Shown piece by piece: positions 51,061 to 62,285 of a DNA stretch of 64,000 nucleotides; position 1 is the stretch's first letter; the number at the start of each line of letters is the position of its first letter. The DNA is from Callorhinchus milii (lineage: Eukaryota). The stretch covers positions 123,072,001 through 123,136,000 of the forward strand of contig NW_024704742.1 of the NCBI RefSeq assembly GCF_018977255.1, given 5' to 3'. The translations under genes were made by a program, and so were the position numbers. The notes under the pieces are model-generated. The model was not told the DNA's origin and made no database searches. It worked only from the letters and a program-made list of their open reading frames with translations.

Positions 51061-53204
51061 GAAGCCTTGGCTCTGGCCTAATACTTTCCGGAATTGGGTA
51101 AGAAGGATATGTCCCTCCAAGAGAGAGTGTGCATTCCATTCCAACAATCTATCTCTGGAATTTCCATGTGTAAGTGGGATGCATGGAATTCTCAGCTTGG
51201 TTTGGATACTCTGAAGCCTGGTGATGTGTTTCCCGCATGTGTCAGACACCCGGGTGAACAAAAATATATATTTTTTAAAAATTCAGAGCATTTGGTCTTA
51301 CTCAATGTCTACTTTAATCGCCAGTGTGGTGGGCTGACATGCTAAAGGTAGCATCAATTAATAGTTACCTCCCCTTCCAGGTATATAACGCCTGAAATTC
51401 CACCTGGTCTTAACCTGCAAGACCACTTAGATATTAAAATGTGAGATCGTTCAGGATTGTGGAGAACTTGATATTCAATTTTAATTTAAAAGACTGAATT
51501 AGGCTGAATATAGATCTGGAAAAATGCTGTTTTTACACAGTAGAAGAAACTATTTTTGAAGAGGGAATGCCCAGGGCAATGGAAATGAGCTTCTATAGGC
51601 TTGAGATTCCATCTCATTTTAGTATAAAAGACCATTTTCTCTTAATATTTAAGAAAGTGCAAAATTGTGGAAAATCCTTGCGATTAACTTTTAGAATGTT
51701 CCAGAATTTTTATAATTTTAGCAGAGAGCATTTGTTCTCAAAACAGAACAGGTGGTGGAAAAAGGAGCTTTAAAACGTTTCTAAAGGGAACTATAAAAAA
51801 TCCTAGAAATTATACAAATTTAGGCTTATTAGATGATGAGATAAATGTGTCAAAAGAATCCTTTAGGAAATTGGATGGCAAGGTTAGCTGGCCCAGTGTT
51901 CTATCTCTGCCTGAAACTGTTACCATTGTATGTTACAGCAGTTATAAATTATCAAGAAAATGTATATATCTAAACATAGCTTTTCACATATTCAAGCACC
52001 AATAATGTCTGAGATGGTACTTTTACTATTGGAAATCCCTGCACCACCCATTGCATTAAATAGATTTTTCCACCACTAATGGGGAGTTACCAAAAGTGAG
52101 CAGAAAATAATAATAATAATCCTTGTATTTGATATAGCGCGTTTCACGTCTTCTAGACGTCTCAAAGTGCTTCACAGAATATGCTGTAAAGTGAATTGAC
52201 TGTATATTTATGGGTGAAACACGCAGCAAATTGCGCACAGCAGTGTCCCACAAACAATCGTGGATTGAAAATGACCAATTTATTATTGTTTTGTTTTGGA
52301 GATTATTATAGCAGCATATATAGAGACTAATGGGAGGAGTTTATATTAGCACTATAAGGGCTAATTCTAATATAAATCACTCACAGGCTTTTGACATTGC
52401 TTTTTTGTACATCTATTTGCATTAATATGCTTGGATAAATAACTTTGAGAGAATGCTCTTCCCACAGAGCAACAAATATTATTTCAGATTTCTTTTATTA
52501 ATGTGGCATCATAAATAGCAGCCCAAATTGTAGAACGCACTCACCATTGAACACCCAGATGTGGCAGACAGATACGCACGCATGCATGCATAAGAGGGGG
52601 AAGGGCCTGCAGCTGCTAACAGCCCCAAGCTTGACATCCCGGCTGCTCACATCTATTTGTAACTGCATCGAAAAAGCTGAAGTAAACAAAATGCTGCTTG
52701 TGTGATGTTTGTCCTGAAACAAAAATGCAATCTTTTACATCTGAAACAGGAACTTTAATCCTTTGCGTTTCAAAATAAGACAGGCTATGAAATAAATCCT
52801 TTCATATATGTGTAAAAAAGGAAATCTGATTCAATAATTTGGTTTGAATTGATGTAAATATTCTATGGTTCCATGCACTCAATAAAGAGCAGATACTATG
52901 TTTGACTTTTTGCAAATGAAAAGAGTTAGGCTGCTTCCAATTGCAAAAATAGTGAAGCATTTCCTCCAAAGAAGCTACTCCCACAATCAGGCCGACCCAG
53001 ACCGAACGCTTTTGCCTTTCACGCTTTACATGGAGTGTTTGCCGATGGACCCATTTCAGGCTCCGATGCGGCCTGAAATGGCACCGAAACTTTTTCCTAC
53101 ACCGCCATCAGCTCAGTGGTGGGACAGTGGCACTGCAACACACCAGCAGTACAGGTCCAGAGTCACTCTTAGCAGTTGAAGATGTAACAATCTTCAAGCA
53201 GACT

Positions 53205-53870
53205 ACAAGAGCACAAGATCGTTTTGGATGAAGAAGGCCCTTCAGCCCAAGTGATCTCATCCTTCCAGAATACCCACATTACCATCTTGCCATCAAAGCA
53301 TGAAACTGTTTTATTTTCAAATCTTGGCCTCAACCACTCTTCTTAGTCACCAATTCAATTTAATACCCTCTGGGTAAAGAAATACTTCCCAATGTCTGGC
53401 CTGAAATTGATATTTGCAATTGTAAAAACCTAGGTCTCTTATACTGGCTTTGTGTATCCTAAAGTATTGTTCTGGGATTATCTTTCAATCTAATTTAATA
53501 TGTTATATACCTATATAAGGTCCCCTCTGAGGCATCTCCATAAAGTATGGAGAGCCCAACTTTGCTCTAATTATTGCTCATAGCTCATTCCTCTAACATT
53601 TGGGATCTGCATTTCCTCTAATGCCTGGGCAGCAGCCCCCTTCTATTGCGGAGACCAATGCTGTATGCAGAACTCTGGGTGCGGACTGATCAGAGCAGTG
53701 TATAGCTTGAGAATAACATCTGGGGATCCGAACTCAACTGATTTGGCAATATAGTCCAGCATCCTGTTTGTCTTGCACACTGTTCTGACAAGATGAACGA
53801 TGAGTCATCTAACATCACCAGATATCTTTTAGCTTCCCCTTTGGCAAGTGCTCTCCCATCCATGGGCAAC
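53205..53870 (-). mobile_element. Ancient degenerate CR1 fragment
   Basis: Minus strand TCAGTCCGCACCCAGAGTTCTGCATACAGCATTGGTCTCC (RPHLEYC.Q.WSP-like). Tail type shared with about 21685, 45170 and 62522. Confidence 0.65.
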
Positions 53871-54077
53871 ACGTGTTGCCTATTCTTACTTCATGCAATC
53901 CCTCATCACTGCAATGTCTTGTTACATTTTTAAGGTACGACACCTCATTTGAAGACTCATGTGATGGAGAAGTATTATTAAATTGGGACACACTTGGCTC
54001 AGCTTATCGCTCTTGCGTTTGGAACAGAAGGTTGTGGGTTCAAGGCCCAACCAGGGATATGAGCTTATGGTCTAGGC

Positions 54078-54274
54078 CAGGGTGGTCCAACTGGTGGTGC
54101 GAGCCTCATCTGGCACCCCCCACTCCTCCATTTCATCTGGCCCACCCGTTCCCTGCGTAACCCGTTAATGTTATGTTTCTGGAAGGGAAACCCAAAAATA
54201 TTGCTTATGCGGCCAGTGGACATTTCTCAAATAGGGCATCCGGCCCTTAGCAGCCAAAATGTTGGACCAACCTG
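54078..54274. mobile_element. Non-autonomous hAT (Charlie-like) MITE inserted in an old Deu-SINE
   Basis: 14-bp TIRs CAGGGTGGTCCAAC and GTTGGACCAACCTG (one mismatch); 8-bp TSD GTCTAGGC (54070-54077) and ATCTAGGC (54275-54282). Confidence 0.88.
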
Positions 54275-55482
54275 ATCTAGGCTGACAATATAGCACAGTG
54301 TTGGGAAAAAGTTAAACCAAGGTCCTATGTGTTTGATCAGGTGAAAGTTAAAGATAACTTGACACTGAAAAAAGGGGGTTTCTCCCAACATCCTGTCTAA
54401 AAATAGTTCAGACTAATTGGCCATTCACCTTCTGGCTGCTTGTGGGACTCTGCTTTGTGCAAAAAGCTGCTGATGTAAAATGAAAGCCGCATTTCTTACA
54501 AAACAATCTCCCCACATGACAGTAATTACTTGTGGTCAGTATAAGTTGCTATAAAAATGCACTTTCTTCTTCAACTAGTAAACATCTACCCGGCAGACTT
54601 TAAGATCATTTTCTGATGCTCAGATCATGCTCTGCATTTTGATGGAGTTGTATGTATGTAAAATGATGGAGATGAACTGGCTTTTACCTGGCCTCATTGC
54701 ACCGATAGCCAAAAAGAAGTTTATGATGCCGAACCTAACATTTCCTTTCATTGTGATGGCTTACTTGGCTGGCATCTGGCAAGGGGCCTGCACTTTTTCC
54801 TGAGGCTTGGTGGTAGTTGTCTGCCGATGTAGTTGAGCAGAATGGGAAAATGAGGGAACCCGGGGAGTAGCCCAGCTTTACTGCTGCCGGCATAACAGAA
54901 ATCACAGGACAACTACAGGAACATTACTGACAAGCAGAAAATACCAATCCTTTTGTTGTTATGGCAACAGTCAGCTGTTGACCTAGGGCAGTCTGCCAGG
55001 TCACCCACACCCTTACCCAGTCTTTCTTTCTCTTTTTCCTTCTAATTCACGATAAACCTTTATCATGTGATACACTCTTCTGTACCATAGCTCCAAGTAA
55101 TTTTCGTATAGTTTCCAAAATGTAACCGGAGCTATTTTTCTCCAGCTGTGGCGGCCAGATTTATATTGCTCTAATTAGCTGAGTATTTATGCTTTAGACA
55201 AGTGCGGATGCTCCAGTTTGCTAATAAGCGGAATAATTGGAAGGTTTGGAGCGAAGCTTGTTTTATCCAGTAGACTAATTGGATGAACATTTTTGGTATC
55301 TGGCAAAGGGGCGATTACAAATTATGCTAATCTGTGATATAATACAAATGCCAGTCGTCTGATACTACGAATGTAACTGCTGTCTCTGAAAAGTCTTACT
55401 AACTCATACCCTGTGTTGGAGGCCAGCTTTGTGTGTGTCAGGGTATATTCTTACTCTATCATAAAGATCACTACTTAATCAT

Positions 55483-55752
55483 CATAATAATAACCCTTGC
55501 ATATGATAAAGCGCCTTCTCACGTCTTCGAGGCATCTCAAAGTGCTTCACAGAATATACTGTAAAGTGAATTATCTGCATATTTTGTGGGAGAAATGCTG
55601 CAGCCAATTGCACACAGTAATGTCAAACAGTTGTGGTTTGAGTAACCAAATCATTATTTTTTTAAAGGATTATTACTCCGGAAAAGCGATCCGCCAATGG
55701 ACTAACAACCGGGTTCCTACTTACTGCTAGGTAAACAGAGGCATTTGGAGTT
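55483..55752 (-). mobile_element. 5'-truncated long-subfamily Deu-SINE
   Basis: Matches the reverse complement of 59590-59860. Confidence 0.88.
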
Positions 55753-57979
55753 TATCTTTTACTTAAAGGCTTTTGATGTCTGTTGAGGTCTGCGTTTTCT
55801 AGTTTGGGCTGATAATACACTCACAATCATACATTTTCTCCCTGACCTCTTCCTCCCAGCACACCCTCATGAAGAAATTAAGAAAAGCTGTATAAGGTTA
55901 ATTGAACCATTCAATCTAAGTAATCCATAAAGAAATTAATTTCTCCTGGTGTCCTGGCCAACAATCCCCCGGATAAAATTGATCAATCACTTTGTGGCTG
56001 TTTGTGGGATATTGCCATATACAAATTGGCTGCCGTGTTTTCCTACAAAGTAAAGAGTCACTACACTTTACAGTAAATTGTGTGAAGTACTATTGAGATA
56101 CAACAGCAACTTGCACTTGTTCAGCACCCTCCACGCAGGGTAGTGTCTCAGAGCGCTTAAGATATCCTCCCAACATGAAAGACAAATATAAAATGTAAGG
56201 ATTATTATTATTACTGGGAAAAGGTAGAGATTTGGGATGAGAGTAAATAGCTCCAGTAGCAGTTCAACAGGTCTAATAATCCTTGCAGTTGCATTTTGAT
56301 ATAGCGCCTTATCACGTCTTCGAGATGTCTCAAAGCGCTTCACAGAATATACTGTAAAGTGAATTGACTGTATATTTTGGGGGTGAAATGACCATTTCCT
56401 ATTCTGCAATAGGTAAAATAGCAAACTATTATGTGAGAATGTTTTCTATCATTCCTTCCCTCTTTGCTTCCTTCGATTTTATCTTATTGGCAAAGAGACT
56501 GCATGGTGAGCACTGGGTATAGGCTATATGTTGGAAGACAGGAAGTATTGAAAAACAGATTGTAGGTTTGAATTCTATTCTGTGAGGGGTTAAGGGTTAG
56601 CCATTAATAATAATAATGAGAGTGATAAAGTTGTCCTCAGAACTGCTGGATTAGGGAGAGGATAATTAACCAGGGTTCCTGTTCCTTATTGCTATCAAGA
56701 GCCTATAGTTGGAAGATATATTTGTGTGGATATCGAGCGAGGTTGAATCATACTCAACTGTGTTGCCTCTACAGTTAGAAAAGCCCGCCGACACTCAACA
56801 TCAAGGCACACATATAAACAATAGCAACCTGGGCACTTAGGCACAGGACTGGAGGGCACCTGGAACCATTCCCGGGTAGAAGAAAAATGAGTCAAACTCC
56901 TCCAGTGGAGCAGAAAATTGGAGGAGGAGGGGAAAAAAAGTAAACACCACAGTTAAAGTTTAGAACACTCTTTTCTAGTTTTACACCACATTAAGTCACC
57001 TTTCAGACACAAATTACTTATGGCATTACCCCTCTTCTACAAATAATAGGCAAATTTAGATAGAGTGAACCTCTGGTAAATTAATATCCAAAAGCCCTTA
57101 CAGACTACGTGTAATAGCAGACAATACTAATCTTATTGAAATTCACTTTGGAACCTGACAACCCCGTTGGAGGCCAGTTGTAATAAACAGGGTGGATTAG
57201 AGTTTCCTGGGTTCTGCCCTAACTGCACTGAATAAGAAATAGGTTTGAAGATTATTTGGGAGTAAAATAAACCTACAGGTTTCCAGTGTTCTTTGCATCT
57301 AATGTTACACAACTCTCAGAGATCAGTGGGAAAGAACTCAGCAGGTAACCAGACACTGTGCCATGGAGAAAGGTGAATGACAGATCCCACAAAGCAAGTT
57401 ATACAGCAAGCGATTAGTGAAAGCAAGGCCATACGCATAGCACTCTTAAAGGTACAGTAGTCTGAAAAGCAAAAATGTTAATAATCCCAAGGCCATAACA
57501 AAGCCATTAGAAAAACTCAAGCAGGCTACACAAAGATATAGTACCCAGTCTCTGGCTGAAGTAACATAAGGCTCAAAATTGTGATACTCCTAAGCCCAAT
57601 CTTCTTCTTCAATTATCACACCTTAACTATCACTATCCACGGAAATTGTGGTTAGAAACTTGTCCTTAACCTGTCTTTAACAATGGATTTAGGTCTGAAC
57701 TTCCCCACCAGCCACCCACAGATTTCAAGAAAATAGTTAAAATCCATTTGAAGACACAATGGAAAACATGCTTAATTTAGCAATCAGCACAAATCAGGTC
57801 CACATACACGGTGGCAGAGCACCATGCAAAGACTTCCCTGCCATTTTTACACTCTATCAATATACACCTGGAGGTGTAAAAAATAAAATAACACCACTCC
57901 AACTAAACTATGATAAGTGCATCCAAAAATATTTCAGGGAGGGCAGGCAGAGATGATTTAATCACCTTTTTATTTCATA

Positions 57980-58395
57980 GCCAGGTGTCTGACTCATGCA
58001 GGAACCCATCACCGTGCTTAATAGTATCCAAACCAGATTGAAAGTTTCATGTATGCCACCTACACATGAAAATTACCATGTTTGGAATGGAATGTGCATT
58101 CCCTCCCTGGAATTAGGTAAGCATCTGGGCGCTACCTTGCATGAGGGGCATTATATAAATGCAAGTTGTTGTTGAGTTACCTAATTCCGGAGATTATTAA
58201 GCACAGGTTGGCAAGAGCCAAGGCTTGGGGGACCCCTGAATGTGTGTCGGTTTACTGCTGGAGGTTAACCAGCAAAAACTCCATAGCTTGCAATTGAGAG
58301 CATTATCTGGCAAGCTTTCCACTGTGTGTCCATCCTATCCTTCAAGGCTTTGGCTTGCAGGATTAACAGGAGCTGAGTGGGAAGAAACCCAGCCC
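57980..58395 (+). repeat. Unclassified repeat copy with an internal L2 tail (about 58122-58174)
   Basis: Similar to 43330-43575 and 61707-61905; interrupted just before TTACCTAATTCC. Confidence 0.8.
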
Positions 58396-59487
58396 CAGTT
58401 TGCTGATGTTGGTATTAGTTGTTTCACATAATTGAACACTCAGGGATGAATCCCTGAATCACTGAATGCTACTTTAAGTGTAGCAGATAAAACAAGATCA
58501 GCAAATGGCCTGGGAGGAGATTCTGATGCAGGGGCTGAGCCGAGTAGCCTAATTGAAACAAGCCAGGCACTGAAACTCATGGGGGTAAGTGATTCTATCG
58601 CCGAATATTAATTCAGCACCTGGCAATCCTGGCCCAGTAACTCCTTGCAGTTACTTCCTTCAATGATGTAATTGGCACTCGCTGTTAATACTAAATAGTC
58701 AAAAACAAACCTAGCAAGCGGGCATAAAAGCCCCAAAGGGACGGTGCAGTTGATCTGAATTCTTTTAAATTAAACTTTAAAAAGGATAGCTGACGATGGG
58801 AGTCTGGCTTTGTTCTGTTACATTAAACAGTTTGAATTTAATGTTCCATTGAAAATACGACAATCCAAATAAAACAGTAATCATTAAACCCAGTTGCCAA
58901 CATTAGCGTAAATTTCTATTGCGCTGCACGTGTGACTTGCTGTAAACACTGAAACTCGATAACAGCAAAACAACAACCTCCTGCACTGATACTCATTGCC
59001 AATACTCATTGCCAAGATTACAAATGCACAATGCCTTCTTGGGCACAGTCCTTGAATATAACCGTACCCCAACAAGAGAGTTAGCAATTGTGACTCAATG
59101 AAACACTTTTTATGAAACTTGTGAAGTGAACTTTCCAGTTGAGATTGTTAAGAAACACCTGCAGAATGCAGAATTAATCATCAAAGGAAAAATAAATTGC
59201 ATTTAGATTTTTCTACTCTACTAGCTATGGGTAGGAAATGTCTGAATTCCACATTATAAGCACGATTGGAGGAGTCATTGCATGTAAGCAAATGGAGCAG
59301 ATAGTAAGTGTCACTTATTACTGAGAACAGGTTGTTCTTTAACTTCTACCACACTCCAGTGAGGAAGCTATTTAGAGGTGAAAATAATTGGGTTGAAATT
59401 CCGGCCAGCATTACGGGTAGTGTTGTAGTGATGCCAGTTGCTGAATGGGATTTGCCCCATTATAATTACCAAAGGCAATTATGTCAT

Positions 59488-59860
59488 GGAGTCCTGTAGC
59501 GTATTGGGTAGAGCACTCACCTCGCAAGCGAGAGGACTGGCGTTCGATTCCCGGGCAGGGCGAAACTTTAGGCAAATTTCCTTACTCCACGAGTCTCTGT
59601 TTAGCGAGCAGTAAGTAGGAACCCAGTTGTTCGTCAACTGGTGGATCGTTTTTCCGGGGGATAATTATCCCTTCAAAAAAAAAGAATTTGTTCACTCAAC
59701 CCACGACTGTTTGTGGGACACTGCTGTGTGCAATTGACTGCCACGTTTTGCCTACAAAATGTTCAATCAATTCACTTTACAGTATATTCTGTAAAGCGCT
59801 CTCAGATGTCTCAACGACGTAATGAAGTTCTATAACAAATGCAAGGATTATTATTATTAT
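59488..59860 (+). mobile_element. Full-length young tRNA-Ala(CGC)-type Deu-SINE (long subfamily)
   Basis: GGAGTCCTGTAGC head, CTCAC-CTCGCAA-GCGAG arm, B box GTTCGATTCCC, extra internal segment, (TTA)n tail. Confidence 0.93.
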
Positions 59861-60261
59861 GAAGGCATAATGAGTAACACCAACCAGAATTTCAGCCCAA
59901 GGATGTACTATTCACAAGTTGTGAACTGTTTCAATGAAAGACCAACAAATTCAGTTTGTAGTCGGTCTTTTGCTTTCTGACCTTTGGTCTAGCTTTTTGT
60001 TGCTTTCCCCAGCTGGTAAATAAGCTGACAAAGACACTGACCACATTTGCAAACCAGAAGTTCCTACTGGTGCAGCAGCTTCCACTGTTCCATTTTTTTT
60101 CATTTGAAAGATGGTGTAATGCTTGAATCAATGCCTTAACTATACACAATATATTGGCTCAGTTAATAGCTTCTGAGTTAGGAGGTTGTGAGTTCAAGCC
60201 CCACATTGGGACTTTAACCTCACAGATTAGGCTGACTAGTGGTGAGGGGCGTAGTGGCTTT

Positions 60262-62150
60262 TTTTTGGGTCAGCTGGATGTCTGAGACATGAGGGAACCC
60301 ATCACTATGCTTCAGAGTATCCAAACCAAACTGAGATTTCCATGCATCCCACCTACACATGGAAATCCCAGAGATAGGTTGTTGGAATGGAATGCACATT
60401 CACTCTCTGGAGGGACGCAACCTGCCTCCTTGTCCTCCTGGAACTCTCCACTGCATTCGACACAGTTGATCACGCCATCCTCCTCCACCGCCTTTCTTCC
60501 GTCATCCACCTCAGTGGGACCACACTCGCCTGGTTCGAGTCCTACCTCACAAACCGCCAGCAGTACATCTACACAAACGGCTTCTCCTCCCGCTCTCACC
60601 CAGTCACTTGCGGTGTACCCCAAGGATCCATCCTTGGCCCCCTCCTCTTTCTGATCTATATGCTCCCTCTTGGGAATGTCATCCGCAGATATGGGGCACA
60701 TTTCCACATGTATGCAGACAACACCCAACTCTATTTTTCCACCTCTCTTTCCGACCCCCAATCCCTTGATGTTCTGTCAGATCTCAGGGGCTAGATGAGC
60801 GCAAATTTCCTTCAGCTGAACATTGACAAGAAGGAAGCCATACTCTTTGGCTCTCGTCAACGTCGAAAATCTCACAGCTCTCACCTCCTCCACCTACCCG
60901 ACCTCCCCCTAAAACTCTCCAAACCCGTACGCAACCTAGGCGTCCGGTTCAACCCCCAATTATCCTTGTTCCCCCACATCTGGTCCCTCACCAGCACCGC
61001 TTTCTTCCACCTTCGATGCATGGCTCGTCTCCGCCAATAACTCTCCCCAAAAGCCGCTGAAACCCTGGTCCATGCCTTTGTCACCTCTTAGCTGGACTAT
61101 TCTAACGTCCGCCTCCCCAGCCTCCCTTCCACTACCATCCATAAAATCCAAATAATTCAAAACTGTGCTGCCCGCATTCTCACCCGCACCAAACTCTGCT
61201 CCCCGATTACCCCAGTCCTTGCCAAACTGCACTGGCTGCCTATCCCAGAGAGGATCGACTTCAAGATCCTCACCCTCGTATTGGGATGTCCTCCCGACGT
61301 GAAAGGCGTTCTAGAAATGCAATCTTGTTGTTGTATTCAAGTCCCTGCACTCCTCTGCAGCCCCCTACCTCTCTGACCTCCTCTCTCCTCAAAACAGTAC
61401 CCGTTGCCTTCGGTCCTCCGGATCTTGCCTCCTCCTCGTCCCCCGAGTCCTCTGCTCCACCCTCGGCAGCCGTGCCTTCAGCCACTATGCCCTGAGGCTC
61501 TGGAACTCCCTTCCTCACTCCCTTCACCTCGCCCCTCTCTTTCTATTTTCAGGACTCGGCTGAAGACCTTTCTTTTTGACCGCACCTTTGGTCACCTTCC
61601 TCCCCTTCCCCCTGGCTCAGCGCCGGGATCCATTATTGTGTAGCGCTCTGAGACGCAGTCCAGGTGGAGGGCACTATATAAATTCAAGTTGTTATTGTTG
61701 TTGTTGCTTACCTAATTCTGAAGGCGCAGGTTGGCAAGAGCTAAGGCTTGGGGATTCCAGCGTGTGTGCTGGAGTCTAACCAGCTAAACCTGCACAGCTT
61801 GCAATTGATATTGCTGTCTGGCAAGCTTTCCTGCTGCTTGTCCAGCTAGGACCACCCTACCCATTGGGGCTTTTGGCTAGCAGGGTTAACAGCAGCTGAG
61901 TGGGATGACTCCCTGCCCCAAGTGACTGGTTTGCCCTTCCAGGTCTTGCCGATGAGCCAAGATGGCTGTACTGTCATCATCAGTGTCCTGGAATACCATG
62001 GATCTACCTGGCTCAGGAACCGGACTACCGAGACTGCCACAGAGGGTTGACTCGATTCTGACATTCCATTGCCAGGCATGTCACCTTGGAGCCAGTTCAG
62101 CTCTAAGGAGATCCCACTTACCTTCTACCCAAGGAGATAGGATAGCCGAA
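60262..62150 (+). repeat. Longest copy of the unclassified repeat (60262-60419 plus 61707-62150), split by an L2
   Basis: The halves rejoin as ...GGGACGCA|CTTACCTAATTC..., as in uninterrupted copies at about 34771 and 43465; the distal part matches 16290-16490. Confidence 0.8.
60420..61706 (+). mobile_element. L2 LINE 3' fragment of about 1.3 kb with in-frame stops
   Basis: LLVLLELSTAFDTVDHAILLHRL...CGVPQGSILGPLLF...FHMYADNTQLY and VRNLGVRFNPQLS; (TTG)n tail; nested L2 tail at 61283-61332. Confidence 0.95.
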
Positions 62151-62285
62151 TAACAACAACAACAACAACAACAAGATTCCATTTATAGAGCGCCTTTCAC
62201 GTCAGGAGGACGTCCCAAACAAAGAGGCAGAGGGACCTCTGGTCACAGTTCTTGATTGGTGACTTTGATGAGAGCCATTTCAGTA
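62151..62285 (-). mobile_element. L2 tail joined to a short L2 RT fragment
   Basis: (AAC)n plus tail at 62151-62220; 62221-62285 (-) encodes a TEMALIKVTN-like motif. Confidence 0.8.

Noticed and set aside
53051..53081. 11-bp perfect hairpin as a terminator or ncRNA
   Set aside because: Eukaryotic context with no U tract; more likely a remnant of a CpG-rich palindromic repeat.
54690..54820. Minus-strand exons ending at CAG|GTAAAA and CAA|GTAAGC
   Set aside because: Acceptors are weak and the peptides are unrecognisable.
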